A DNA stretch of 64,000 bases from Eledone cirrhosa (taxonomy: Eukaryota), in contig OZ024741.1 in NCBI GenBank assembly GCA_964016885.1, positions 217,062,001 to 217,126,000 of the forward strand. Reading direction: 5' to 3'. This document shows positions 38,840 to 54,397 of the stretch, in pieces. Position numbers and translations under genes: made by a program. The notes under the pieces are model-generated. The model was not told where the DNA came from and made no database searches. It worked only from the letters and a program-made list of their open reading frames with translations. Within the stretch, counting starts at the first letter, position 1; each line of letters begins with the position of its first letter.

Positions 38840-40030
38840 AGAGGCGGGCTCCTTTCGTGAGAAAATCCATCTGCTGCCAACACTCTACTAACGGAGGGCT
38901 GGGATTGCCGTGGCTGACGATGCGCAAACACGCGCTCAGGCTGCGGCATCTCTACGTATTCCTCACCGGACAACCGGTGTGGGCCCCGTTCGTGAGGCGA
39001 GCCTTCCCACGACTCGTCTCGCTGACCGAGCTGCAGTCCTGGGTCAAGCAAAGACCGAGAAAATGGGCGACTGGCACATCAAATGTGCTCAGGCGCTCAC
39101 AGCCCTCTGGCAGGCGGACCCGGCGATCAGTGGAGACTCCACTTCGTCATTCTATAGAGGGTTGATCCGCAGCAAGTGCGACGACGCGCTCGGTGAAACT
39201 CTAGGCGTAGAGGAAGATGAACAGGACAGTCTGTTCGGTAGGACCTTCCGCCCGGGACCGATGGACAACTTCCAAAAGTCCCTGGCCTGGCAGTGCTACC
39301 GAGGAGCTCTAGCAGTTCGGGACAAGCTCTACAGACATGGGCGCCCGGACAGGGACCCTGCAAAAAGATGTCCGAGGTGCGTGCGAGACGAAGAAACCGT
39401 CGCGCACGCATTCATACACTGCCGGGCGTTACCGACCTGTGGGGCTATGTAGAACGACTATTGTCGCGGGTGGGACCAATCCGGTTGACCACCGAGTCCA
39501 TTGTCATGTTCAAACCGCCACCCTCCTTCAAAAACGAAGGAGAGGCGGTTTTCCTTTGTGTGATAGCTATGGCGAAAGAGGTTGTATGGTGGACAAGCGT
39601 GAAAGAACTGAGGTCAGACACCTTTCTCTCCGGCCAATAACTGATTCTTTTTTTCAAATACCCCTTTGGAAGAAGAATCAGGGCGGAGAGAGAGGTGCTG
39701 TACCCCAGCAAGTTTTATGAAAGGTGGGTGAAAGTGGCGAGAATGGCCTGAGTGAAAGGGCCTCCTCTCTATATCTGCCTGTAGGTTGAGGAAAAAGAGG
39801 AGGAGAGGACAAGGGTACCCACTCTTCGCACTCCTGGAGATGAGGGTTGCACATTTTTTCGAGGATATGTGTTACCCATATGTAATGTCTCCGCCAATTG
39901 GGGAAAATCCATTGATTTTTAAATTGCATTTGTGATAGTATTTTACACGTTTTTATTGTATGTAAACTTCCCCGTTTGTATTTGTCTCCCTCTTTTGTGC
40001 CCCTGTGGCTAATAAAGAAACATATCTTAA
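38840..40030 (+). mobile_element. Tx1/L1-like LINE ORF2 3' fragment, copy 1
   Basis: ICCQH..NGGLGLP, AWQCYRGALAVRDKL, CPRC..ETVAHAFIHC zinc finger, AKEVVWW, FYERW; AATAAA near the end; frameshifted. Confidence 0.85.
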
Positions 40031-40149
40031 AATTATGTTTTTTTGTTAAGTTTATTCTTTCAATAGTAATATCATTATATATACACACACACTGATATTG
40101 TGTATATATACATATATACATATATATATCATCATAATCATCATCATCA

Positions 40150-40457
40150 TCATTTTTACGTCCGCTTTTCCCTGCTTGCAAGGGCTGACCGGGTCCTATT
40201 CAGCACAGCATCTCTCCACTTGTCACGGTCCTTCGTCATTTCCTCTGTGAATTTCAGCGATTTGAGGTCTGCACTCACCACCTCCGCCCATGTTTTTCGT
40301 GGTCTACCTCTACTGCGTCTTCCTTCTACTAGGATTACTTGGCACTTCTTTACCCAGCGGTCAACCTCCATGCGTATCACATGTCCATACCATCTCAGCC
40401 TTCTCTCGTGCACACCACAGCTTATCCCTCTTATACCCAGTTTCTTTCTCAACTCGT
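40150..40457 (-). mobile_element. RTE LINE 3' fragment (duplicated at 43815-44122)
   Basis: RRLRWYGHVIRM..WVKKC..VEGRRSRGRPRKTW..DRDKWR; tail abuts a (CAT)n tract. Confidence 0.88.
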
Positions 40458-41555
40458 TGTGGTTATGGTTGTGGTAGTTGTGATGGTGGTGGTGGTTGTG
40501 GTAGTGGTAGTGGTGGTGGTGGTGGTGGTTGTGGTTGTGGTAGTAGTTGTGGTTGTGGTTGTGGTTGTGGTAGTGGTTGTGGTAGTAATGGTGGTTGTAG
40601 TTGTGGTAGTGGTTGTGGTTGTGGTAGTGGTTGTGGTAGTGGTAGTGATGGTGGTTGTGGTTGTGATTGTGGTAGTGGTAGTGGTTGTGGTTGTGGTAGT
40701 GGTTGTGGTTGTGGTAGTGGTTGTGGTAGTGGTAGTAGTAGTGGTAGTGGTGGTGGTGGTGGTGGTGGTAGTGGTTGAGGTAGTGGTTGTGGTAGTGGTA
40801 GTGGTAGTAGTAGTAGTTGTGGTTGTGGTAGTGGTTGTGGTAGCGGCAGTGGTAGCGGCAGTGATGGTGCTTGTGGTTGTGATTGTGGTTGTGATTGTGG
40901 TTGTGGTGGTGGTAGTGGTAGTGGTTGTGGTAATGGTAGTGGTGGTGGTAGTGGTTGTGGTAGTGGTAGTGGTAGTGTTGGTGAGAATTAAACTGAGGTT
41001 ACAAATATATGCGGAATATTCAACCACTTATACTACAATCCAAAACACCATTGTCACACACTGTGCCATACTGAATCTCCATGAGAATGAAGTTAAGGGT
41101 ACATATAAACAGAGCCAGATTTAATGAGGGGCAAAGGGGCATTTGCCCTGGTCCCTCTGCAGTGAGCCGCCCACCACCAGCGACGGCCAAGCAACTTATT
41201 TGTGCCCTCAACTGGGCTTTTTAGTTTTAAGATGATTAGAATTTTTTAATTTAATACCTGTATGTCTAACTTTTCAATACCAATTACTTGCGCCAAGCTT
41301 ACTTTGATATGTAAAATAGGGGAGGTTTGCGGTGTATTCTAATTTTTACGTGTATGCAGAGCTCCCCCCAAAAAAACCTGAAGTGTCTCGGGCCGCCCAA
41401 ATTCTAAATCCAACCCTTATATTATAATAAAAGATTGACTCTACCTGTAATTCAAAGCCGGTTCACCTTTTGTGGCAAGTGCCCCATTAAATGATGTTAA
41501 CCTATTTAATGTAAATAATGTCGAAATGATAAGACATAAATCATGAACAATGACG

Positions 41556-42177
41556 TACACCAGGTCCCAACACAGAGGAACCAAACTCCCACTGTCATCA
41601 CCTCCATCTCTCTCACCCTCCCCATCTCTCACATACACCAGGTCCCAACACAGAGGAACCAAACTCCCACTGTCATCACCTCCATCTCTCTCACCCTCCC
41701 CATCTCTCACATACACCAGGTCCCAACACAGAGGAACCAAACTCCCACTGTCATCACCTCCATCTCTCTCACCCTCCCCATCTCTCACATACACCAGGTC
41801 CCAATACAGAGGAGCCAAACTCCCACTGTCATCACCTCCATCTCTCTCACCCTCCCCATCTCTCACATACACCAGGTCCCAACACAGAGGAGCCAAATTC
41901 CCACTGTCATCACCTCCATCTCTCTCACCCTCCCCATCTCTCACATACACCAGGTCCCAACACAGAGGAGCCAAACTCCCACTGTCATCACCTCCATCTC
42001 TCTCACCCTCCCCATCTCTCACATACACCAGGTCCCAGCACAGAGGAGCCAAACTCCCACTGTCATCACCTCCATCTCTCTCACCCTCTCCATCTCTCAC
42101 GTACACCAGGTCCCAGCACAGAGGAGCCAAACTCCCACTGCCATCGCCTCCATCTTTCTCGCCCTCCTCATCTCTCA
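41556..42177. repeat. 78-bp minisatellite array B (~8 units)
   Basis: Same unit as array A. Confidence 0.95.
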
Positions 42178-42506
42178 CTATTATGAGCAAATGGGGTCTC
42201 ATGTGCTGGCCGCGCCACGGCCCCGGCAGAGAGAATAGAGAAGGCGTTTCCTTGAACGATGGTAAGGGAGATGCGCTAGAAAACCCATTCCATCTTGCGA
42301 GACTCACACCTGTGACTCGCCAGCTCAACGCCTACGTTAAAAATAAAAAAAAAAACTTGCTCGTAATGTCAGACAATGTAATTACACTCACAACCTCATA
42401 CTTACTAGATGAACTTGTTACCCAGTCAGCCATACCTGCTTAAATCTATGTCTAAACATCTCATTCTTCATTTGTCTGGGTACTGATGTGTCATCTATCT
42501 TACAAA

Positions 42507-43695
42507 GAGGCGGGCTCTTTCGTGAGAAAATCCATCTGCTGCCAACACCCTACTAACGGAGGGCTGGGATTGCCGTGGCTGACGATGCGCAAACACGCGC
42601 TCAGGCTGCGGCATCTCTACGTATTCCTCACCGGACAACCGGTGTGGGCCCCGTTCGTGAGGCGAGCCTTCCCATGACTCGTCTCGCTGACCGAGCTGCA
42701 GTCCTGGGTCAAGCAAAGACCGAGAAAATGGGCGACTGGCACATCAAATGTGCTCAGGCGCTCACAGCCCTCTGACAGGCGGACCCGGCGATCAGTGGAG
42801 ACTCCACTTCGTCATTCTATAGAGGGTTGATCCGCAGCAAGTGCGACGACGCGCTCGGTGAAACTCTAGGCGTAGAGGAAGATGAACAGGACAGTCTGTT
42901 CGGTAGGACCTTCCGCCCGGGACCGATGGACAACTTCCAAAAGTCCCTGGCCTGGCAGTGCTACCGAGGAGCTCTAGCAGTTCGGGACAAGCTCTACAGA
43001 CATGGGCGCCCGGACAGGGACCCTGCAAAAAGATGTCCGAGGTGCGTGCGAGACGAAGAAACCGTCGCGCACGCATTCATACACTGCCGGGCGTTACCGA
43101 CCTGTGGGGCTATGTAGAACGACTATTGTCGCGGGTGGGACCAATCCGGTTGACCACCGAGTCCATTGTCATGTTCAAACCGCCACCCTCCTTCAAAAAC
43201 GAAGGAGAGGCGGTTTTCCTTTGTGTGATAGCTATGGCGAAAGAGGTTGTATGGTGGACAAGCGTGAAAGAACTGAGGTCAGACACCTTTCTCTCCGGCC
43301 AATAACTGATTCTTTTTTTCAAATACCCCTTTGGAAGAAGAATCAGGGCGGAGAGAGAGGTGCTGTACCCCAGCAAGTTTTATGAAAGGTGGGTGAAAGT
43401 GGCGAGAATGGCCTGAGTGAAAGGGCCTCCTCTCTATATCTGCCTGTAGGTTGAGGAAAAAGAGGAGGAGAGGACAAGGGTACCCACTCTTCGCACTCCT
43501 GGAGATGAGGGTTGCACATTTTTTCGAGGATATGTGTTACCCATATGTAATGTCTCCGCCAATTGGGGAAAATCCATTGATTTTTAAATTGCATTTGTGA
43601 TAGTATTTTACACGTTTTTATTGTATGTAAACTTCCCCGTTTGTATTTGTCTCCCTCTTTTGTGCCCCTGTGGCTAATAAAGAAACATATCTTAA
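42507..43695 (+). mobile_element. Tx1/L1-like LINE ORF2 3' fragment, copy 2
   Basis: Near-identical to 38840-40030. Confidence 0.85.
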
Positions 43696-45220
43696 AATTA
43701 TGTTTTTTTGTTAAGTTTATTCTTTCAATAGTAATATCATTATATATAAACACACACTGATATTGTGTATATATACATATATACATATATATATCATCAT
43801 AATCATCATCATCATCATTTTTACGTCCGCTTTTCCCTGCTTGCAAGGGCTGACCGGGTCCTATTCAGCACAGCATCTTTCCACTTGTCACGGTCCTTCG
43901 TCATTTCCTCTGTGAATTTCAGCGATTTGAGGTCTGCACTCACCACCTCCGCCCATGTTTTTCGTGGTCTACCTCTACTGCGTCTTCCTTCTACTAGGAT
44001 TACTTGGCACTTCTTTACCCAGCGGTCAACCTCCATGCGTATCACATGTCCATACCATCTCAGCCTTCTCTCGTGCACACCACAGCTTATCCCTCTTATA
44101 CCCAGTTTCTTTCTCAACTCGTTGTGGTTATGGTTGTGGTAGTTGTGATGGTGGTGGTGGTTGTGGTAGTGGTAGTGGTGGTGGTGGTGGTGGTTGTGGT
44201 TGTGGTAGTAGTTGTGGTTGTGGTTGTGGTTGTGGTAGTGGTTGTGGTAGTAATGGTGGTTGTAGTTGTGGTAGTGGTTGTGGTTGTGGTAGTGGTTGTG
44301 GTAGTGGTAGTGATGGTGGTTGTGGTTGTGATTGTGGTAGTGGTAGTGGTTGTGGTTGTGGTAGTGGTTGTGGTTGTGGTAGTGGTTGTGGTAGTGGTAG
44401 TAGTAGTGGTAGTGGTGGTGGTGGTGGTGGTGGTAGTGGTTGAGGTAGTGGTTGTGGTAGTGGTAGTGGTAGTAGTAGTAGTTGTGGTTGTGGTAGTGGT
44501 TGTGGTAGCGGCAGTGGTAGCGGCAGTGATGGTGCTTGTGGTTGTGATTGTGGTTGTGATTGTGGTTGTGGTGGTGGTAGTGGTAGTGGTTGTGGTAATG
44601 GTAGTGGTGGTGGTAGTGGTTGTGGTAGTGGTAGTGGTAGTGTTGGTGAGAATTAAACTGAGGTTACAAATATATGCGGAATATTCAACCACTTATACTA
44701 CAATCCAAAACACCATTGTCACACACTGTGCCATACTGAATCTCCATGAGAATTAAGTTAAGGGTACATATAAACAGAGCCAGATTTAATGAGGGGCAAA
44801 GGGGCATTTGCCCTGGTCCCTCTGCAGTGAGCCGCCCACCACCAGCGACGGCCAAGCAACTTATTTGTGCCCTCAACTGGGCTTTTTAGTTTTAAGATGA
44901 TTAGAATTTTTTAATTTAATACCTGTATGTCTAACTTTTCAATACCATTTACTTGCGCCAAGCTTACTTTGATATGTAAAATAGGGGAGGTTTGCGGTGT
45001 ATTCTAATTTTTACGTGTATGCAGAGCTCCCCCCAAAAAAACCTGAAGTGTCTCGGGCCGCCCAAATTCTAAATCCAACCCTTATATTATAATAAAAGAT
45101 TGACTCTACCTGTAATTCAAATCCGGTTCACCTTTTGTGGCAAGTGCCCCATTAAATGATGTTAACCTATTTAATGTAAATAATGTCGAAATGATAAGAC
45201 ATAAATCATGAACAATGACG

Positions 45221-47326
45221 TACACCAGGTCCCAACACAGAGGAACCAAACTCCCACTGTCATCACATCCATCTCTCTCACCCTCCCCATCTCTCATGTA
45301 CACCAGGTCCCAACACAAAGGAGCCAAACTCCCACTGTCATCACCTCCATCTCGCTCACCCTCCCCATCTCTCACGTACACCAGGTCCAAACACAGAAGA
45401 CCCAAACTCCCACTGTCATCACCTCCATCTCTCTCACCCTCCCCATCTCTCATGTACACCAGGTCCCAACACAAAGGAGCCAAACTCCCACTGTCATCAC
45501 CTCCATCTCGCTCACCCTCCCCATCTCTCACGTACACCAGGTCCAAACACAGAAGACCCAAACTCCCACTGTCATCACCTCCATCTCTCTCACCCTCCCC
45601 ATCTCTCATGTACACCAGGTCCCAACACAAAGGAGCCAAACTCCCACTGTCATCACCTCCATCTCTTTCACCCTCCCCATCTCTCACGTACACCAGGTCC
45701 AAACACAGAAGACCCAAACTCCCACTGTCATCACCTCCATCTCTCTCACCCTCCCCATCTCTCACGTACACCAGGTCCTAACACAGAAGACCCAAACTCC
45801 CACTGTCAACACCTCCATCTCTCTCACCCCCCCCCCATCTCTCACGTACACCAGGTCCCAACACAAAGGAGCCAACCTCCCACTGTCATCACCTCCATCT
45901 CTCTCACCCTCCTCATCTCTCATGTACACCAGGTCCCAACACAGAGGAGCCAAACTCCCACTGTCATCACCTCCATCTCTCTCACTCTCCCCATCTCTCA
46001 TGTACACCAGGTCCCAACACAGAGGAGCCAAACTCCCACTGTCATCACCCCCATCTCTCTCACCCTCCCCATCTCTCATGTACACTAGGTCCTAACACAT
46101 AAGACCCAAACTCCCACTGTCATCACCTCCATCTCTCTCACCCCTCCCCATCTCTCACGTACACCAGGTCCCAACACAGAGGAGCCAAACTCCCACTGTC
46201 ATCACCTCCATCTCTCTCACCCTCCCCATCTCTCACGTACACCAGGTCCCAACACAGAGGAGCCAAACTCCCACTGTCATCACCTCCATCTCTCTCACCC
46301 TCCCCATCTCTCACGTACACCAGGTCCCAACACAGAGAAGCCAAACTTCCACTGTCATCACCTCCATCTCTCTCACCCTCCCCATCTCTCATGTATACCA
46401 GGTCCCAACACAGAGGAGCCAAACTCCCACTGTCATCACCTCCATCTCTCTCACCCTCCCCATCTCTCACGTACACCAGGTCCAAACACAGAGGAACCAA
46501 ACTCCCACTGTCATCACCTCCATCTCTCTCACCCTCCCCATCTCACACGTACACCAGGTCCCAACACAGAGGAGCCAAACTCCCACTGTCATCACCTCCA
46601 TCTCTCTCACCCTCCCCATCTCACACGTACACCAGGTCCCAACACAGAGGAGCCAAACTCCCACTGTCATCACCTCCATCTCTCACCCCTCCCCATCTCT
46701 CATGTACACCAGGTCCAAACACAGAGGAGCCAAACTCCCACTGTCATCACCTCCATCTCTCACCCCTCCCCATCTCTCATGTACACCAGGTCCAAACACA
46801 GAGGAACCAAACTCCCACTGTCATCACCACCATCTCTCACCCCCTCCCCATCTCTCACGTACACCAGGTCCCAACACAAAGGAGCCAACCTCCCACTGTC
46901 ATCACCTCCATCTCTCTCACCCTCCCCATCTCTCATGTACACCAGGTCCAAACACAGAAGACCCAAACTCCTACTGTCATCACCTCCATCTCTCTCACCC
47001 TCCCCATCTCTCATGTACACCAGGTCCCAACACAAAGGAGCCAAACTCTCACTGTCATCACCTCCATCTCTTTCACCCTCCCCATCTCTCACGTACACCA
47101 GGTCCAAACACAGAAGACCCAAACTCCCACTGTCATCACCTCCATCTCTCTCACCCTCCCCATCTCTCACGTACACCAGGTCCCAACACAGAGGAGCCAA
47201 ACTCCCACTGTCATCACCTCCATCTCTCTCACCCTCCCCATCTCTCACGTACACCAGGTCCCAACACAGAGGAGCCAAACTCCCACTGCCATCGCCTCCA
47301 TCTTTCTCGCCCTCCTCATCTCTCAC
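45221..47326. repeat. 78-bp minisatellite array C (~27 units)
   Basis: Same unit, with alternating variants gaagaccc / aggagcc. Confidence 0.95.
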
Positions 47327-47651
47327 TATTATGAGCAAATCGGGTCTCATGAGCTGGCCGCCCCACGGCCTCGGCGGAGAGAATAGAGAAGGCGTTTCCT
47401 TGGACGATGGTAAGGGAGATGCGCTAGAAGACCCATTCCATCTTGCGAGACTCACACCTGCGACTCGCCAGCTCAACGCCTACGATAAAAAATTAAAAAA
47501 ATTTGTTCGTGATGTCACACAATGTAATTAAACTCACAACCTCATACTTACTAGATGAACTTGTTACCCAGTCAGCCATACCTGCTTAAATCTATGTCTA
47601 AACATCTCATTCTTCATTTGTCTGAGTACTGATGTGTCATCTATCTTACAA

Positions 47652-48090
47652 AGAGGCGGGCTCCTTTGGTGAGAAAATCCATCTGCTGCCAACACCCTTC
47701 TAACGGAGGGCTGGGGTTGCCGTGGCTGACGATGCGCAAACACGCGCTCAGGCTGCGGCATCTCTACGTATTCCTCACCGGACAACCGGTGTGGGCCCCG
47801 TTCGTGAGGCGAGCCTTCCCATGACTCGTCTAGCTGACCGAGCTGCAGTCCTGGGTCAAGCAAAGACCGAGAAAATGGGCGACTGGCACATCGAATGTGC
47901 TCAGGCGCTCACAGCCCTCTGGCAGACGGACCCGGCGATCAGTGGAGACTCCACTTCGTCATTCTATAGAGGGTTGATCTGCAGCAAGTGCGACGACGCG
48001 CTCGGTGAAACTCTAGGCGTAGAGGAAGATGAACTGGACAGTCTGTTCGGTAGGACCTTCCGCCCGGGACCGATGGACAACTTCCAAAAG
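47652..48090 (+). mobile_element. Tx1/L1-like fragment, copy 3, truncated by the 78-bp array
   Basis: Ends at ...caacttccaaaagtc and runs directly into acctccatc of the minisatellite. Confidence 0.85.
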
Positions 48091-48591
48091 TCACCTCCAT
48101 CGCTCTCACCCTCCCCATCCCTCACGTACACCAGGTCCCAACACATAGGAGCCAAACTCCCACTGTCATCACCTCCATCTCTCTCACCCTCCCTTTATCT
48201 CACGTACACCAGGTCCCAACACATAGGAGCCAAACTCCCACTGTCATCACCTCCATCTCTCTCACCCTCCCTTTATCTCACGTACACCAGGTCCCAACAC
48301 AGAGGAGCCAAACTCCCACTGTCATCATCTCCATCTTTCTCACCCTCCCCATCTCTCATGTACACCAGGTCCAAACACAGAAAACCCAAACTCCCACTGT
48401 CATCACCTCCATCTCTCACCCTCCCCACCTCTCATGTACACCAGGTCCCAACACAAAGGAGCCAAACTCCCACTGTCATCACCTCCATCTCTCTCACCCT
48501 CCCCATCTCTCACGTACACCAGGTCCCAACACAGAGGAGCCAAACTCCCACTGCCATCGCCTACATCTTTCTCGCCCTCCTCATCTCTCAC
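48091..48591. repeat. 78-bp minisatellite array D (~6 units)
   Basis: Same unit. Confidence 0.93.
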
Positions 48592-48917
48592 TATTATGAG
48601 AAAACGGGGTCTCATGTACTGGCCGCCCCACGGCCCCGGCGGAGAGAATAGAGAAGGCGTTTCCTTGGACGATGGTAAGGGAGATGCGCTAGAAGACCCA
48701 TTCCATCTTGCGAGACTCACACCTGCGACTCGCCAACTCAACGCCTACGATAAAAAATTTTAAAAACTTGCTCGTGATGTCACACAATGTAATTAAACTC
48801 ACAACCTCATACTTACTAGATGAACTTGTTACCCAGTCAGCCATACCTGCTTAAATAATATGTCTAAACATCTCATTCTTCATTTGTCTGAGTACTGATG
48901 TGTCATCTATCTTACAA

Positions 48918-50055
48918 AGAGGCGGGCTCCTTTGGTGAGAAAATCCATCTGCTGCCAACACCCTTCTAACGGAGGGCTGGGATTGCCGTGGCTGACGATG
49001 CGCAAACACGCGCTCAGGCTGCGGCATCTCTACGTATTCCTCACCGGACAACCGGTGTGGGCCCCGTTCGTGAGGCGAGCCTTCCCACGACTCGTCTAGC
49101 TGACCGAGCTGCAGTCCTGGGTCAAGCAAAGACCGAGAAAATGGGCGACTGGCACATCGAATGTGCTCAGGCGCTCACAGCCCTCTGGCAGACGGACCCG
49201 GCGATCAGTGGAGACTCCACTTCGTCATTCTATGGAGGGTTGATCTGCAGCAAGTGCGACGACGCGCTCGGTGAAACTCTAGGCGTAGAGGAAGATGAAC
49301 TGGACAGTCTGTTCGGTAGGACCTTCCGCCCGGGACCGATGGACAACTTCCAAAAGTCCCTGGCCTGGCAGTGCTACCGAGGAGCTCTACCAGTTCGGGA
49401 CAAGCTCTACAGACATGGGCGCTCGGGCAGGGACCCTGCAAAAAAGATGTCCGAGGTGCGTGCGAGACGAAGAAACCGTCGCGCACGCATTCATACACCG
49501 CCCGGGCGTCACCGACATGTGGAGCTATGTAGAACGACTATTGTCGCGGGTGGGACCAATCCGGTTGACCACCGAGTCCATTGTCATGATCAAACCGCCA
49601 CCCTCCTTCAAAAACGAAGGAGAGGCGGTTTTCCTTTGTGTGATAGCTATGGCGAAAGAGGTTGTATGGTGGACAAGGTTGAAAGGACTGAGGTCAGACA
49701 CCTTTCTCTCCGGTCAACAACTGATTCTTTTTTTAAAATACCCCTTTGGAAGAAGAATCAGGAGGGAGAGAGAGGTGCTGTACCCCAGCAAGTTTTATGA
49801 AAGGTGGGTGAAAGTGGCGAGAATGGCCCGAGTGAATGGGCCTTCACTCTATATCAGCCTGTAGGTGAGGGTTGCACATTTTTTCGGCGGTATGTGTTAC
49901 CCATATGAACTGTCTCCCCCTATTGGGGAAAATCGACTAATTTTTTAAATTGTATTTGTGATAATATTTTACACGTTTTTATTGTATGTAAACTTCCCCC
50001 TTTGTATTTGTCCCCTTCTTTTGTCCCCCTGTGGCTAATAAAGAAACATATCTTA
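48918..50055 (+). mobile_element. Tx1/L1-like LINE ORF2 3' fragment, copy 4
   Basis: CPRCVRDEETVAH..AKEVVWWTRLKG..FYERWVKVARMARVNGPSLYISL-stop; AATAAA. Confidence 0.85.
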
Positions 50056-50135
50056 CAATTATGTTTTTTTGTTAAGTTTATTCATTCAATAGTAATATCA
50101 TTATATATACACACACATATATATATATATATACA

Positions 50136-50207
<72 letters not shown>

Positions 50208-50728
50208 TATACTAGGCCTGAAAAATGCGCAAGCTCAAAAGAGCCACAGCATGTTACTGGACCCTCTTTACCTCTCCATTTTACAGCATGGACTAGGTGC
50301 TTTTATTCGTCCCACCAGCACTAGAGAGGTTGTCTTACTGGTCTCAGGTGCCCTATCCACCCCTCCATTTTACACCAGGGACTGGGTGTTTCTATTCGTG
50401 CCACCAGCACTAGAGAGGTCCTCTTACTGGAGTTAGGGGATTTCTCTACCCCGCACCAATTTATTCGGAGTGGTAGCTCTCTAGACGGGTTGCCTACACT
50501 ACGGCTTACGGAGCCTCCGTCCACCCCTTGTCTGCTCGATAATATATTCACAAGGGAGCGGTTTTCATACAGCGTCGGGCATGTATACCAAACGTGGTGA
50601 AGATCGGGCGTGTGGGAGGGAAATGAGAAGGAAATATGGCTATACGCACAAATTTATATATCAACATTCACATCACATATACATATATATATATACATAC
50701 ATCTATATATATATGTATATACATATAT

Positions 50729-50808
<80 letters not shown>

Positions 50809-50837
50809 ATTATGTAATAAACAACATAAGGCAATTA

Positions 50838-50897
50838 TTCCATTTACCAGTGGTTTCTTAAAAGCAAAAGGTTTTGCTTTCAATCCTCAGAATGAAA
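50838..50897 (-). ncRNA. Minimal type I hammerhead ribozyme
   Basis: Minus: TTTCATT-CTGAGGA-TTGAAAGCAAAA-CC-TTTTGCTTTTAA-GAAA-CCACTGG-TA-AATGGAA; GUA cleavage triplet. Confidence 0.85.
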
Positions 50898-50999
50898 AAT
50901 CCTGGTTTGTTTATTGAATATGGATTCTAAAAACAAAAATGCAATCTATATGAAAGTGAGGCTGGAAAAGGGAGAAGGAAAGGAAAAATAAAATAAAAT

Positions 51000-52660
<1,661 letters not shown>

Positions 52661-53231
52661 TAGGTATGTGAAGGGCAAAACAAAAAGAATATATGGGGGG
52701 GGCTAAGAGGAGGTAAAAATATAAGGGGAGGTAAGGGAGAAAAATTTTTTTTAAATACAAGAGTACAGAAGGTAGAAGCAGCAAAATAAAAGCCGTAGCA
52801 AAAGTAAAGAGCAGAGAAGGAGTTCAAGGCGGTTGATTTATCGTAGGAGTGTCAATCCAGTTACAGATCAGATGCGATTTCAGATGAGGACAGCATCTGA
52901 AGATCTCAGTCTTAGAGTTAAGGCAAGCGGAAGTGTCTCTCAAGTTTAGCAAAATCCAAAATAATAATAATAATTAAGCTCTGTTGCTTACATAGAGCAC
53001 TCTTTTTTCCTGGACTTTTCCGATGGAATTACTTCATTTATATATATATATATATATATATATACAAATCTCATGCGAACCGAAAAGTTTGGAGATACGA
53101 ATAATAATAAACTAAAACTTATCTCAACGGATTTTCCCCCATCATGTATATGTGTGTGTGCACATAATTAGAGATACTTTATGTACGTAATATACATACA
53201 TATGTGTATATATATATATATGTGTGTGTGC

Positions 53232-53293
<62 letters not shown>

Positions 53294-53467
53294 ATATGTA
53301 TATATATATATATATATATGGGGGGGAGTGTATGTATGTATATTACGTACATAGATATATAATTATGTCTAATTATGTGTCTAGTGTTCAGGGATGCACT
53401 CATGTATGCAACACGTGGTCACATAATTTGTATGCTTTTCATCCTTTTGTATTTTGTTTTCCATACA

Positions 53468-53862
53468 TATCATCATCATCATCATCATCATCGTAGTCGT
53501 CATCATCATCATTGTCATGACCATCATCATCACCATTATCACCATCGTCATCATCATCACGGTCGTCATCATCGTCACTGCCACCACCACCACCACCACC
53601 ACCGCCGCCGTCACCAACACCACCACCGCCGCCGCCGCCGTCGCCGCCGTCACCAACACCACCACCACCACCACCGCCGCCGTCACCAACACCACCACCA
53701 CCGACACCACCACCACCACCGCCACCGCCGCCACCACCACATCCACCACCACCACCACCACCGACACCACCACCGACACCACCACCGCCACCGCCACCAC
53801 CGACACCGCCACCGCCTCCACCACCACCGACACTGCCACCGACGCCACTACCACAGCCACCA
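53468..53862. repeat. (CAT)n/(CAC)n/(CGC)n trinucleotide tract
   Basis: Low-complexity sequence. Confidence 0.92.
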
Positions 53863-54397
53863 CTTCCTGCTAGAATGGGTTAGATGTGCTATTACATTAT
53901 GAGAGATATCAGGTCAGAGGACCGTATCTTGCGCATATGAAACTGTTTCTGGCTTGGCTTCTACGGCTTGATGCCCTTCCTAATGTCAACCATGTTACAG
54001 TGTTGACTGGGTGCTCTTTAACCTGGCACCAAAACGACCATCTAACAGGGTGGATGAGGTGTTTTTTGTCATCGTACCAGCACAACTATCTACAGGATTG
54101 ACTTGGTGCTTTTTAGTCATGTCACCAGCACGACCACCTTACAGAGTAGACTGGGTGTTTTTTGTCGTGTTACCAGCACAACAGCCTCATAGCATAGAGT
54201 GGATGATTTTCGTTGTCACCAGCACAACCACCTTACAGGGTGGTTAAGTTGTTTTAGTTGTAGTGGGAGGATTGTGGACGAAAAGGTGTGGAGTGTATCC
54301 AGTTTCTTTCTACCAAATTCTACTCATAAGGCATTGGTAACATCCTATAGTTATAATAGCTAAAAACATCTGACTGATAAAATGACAAGTCAGTCAA

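Larger units (their letters stand above)
37466..50110 (+). repeat. Tandem segmental duplication of a ~3.5-3.7-kb composite unit (copies start near 37466, 40976, 44641; partial fourth near 48091)
   Basis: Identical ORFs recur at offsets 3509 and 3665; unit = MITE + 78-bp array + CRE fragment + Tx1 fragment + RTE fragment + GTG tract. Confidence 0.93.

Noticed and set aside
37932-48763. 26-aa repeat proteins from the 78-bp arrays, including an apparent Tx1-repeat fusion ORF at 47722-48651
   Set aside because: Minisatellite translations open on both strands; the fusion is a rearrangement junction in a frameshifted LINE fragment
53375-53902. Histidine-rich protein such as a cephalopod beak protein
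   Set aside because: Pure (CAT/CAC/CGC)n tract open in several frames, with no signal peptide, Gly/Ala-His motifs or splice evidence
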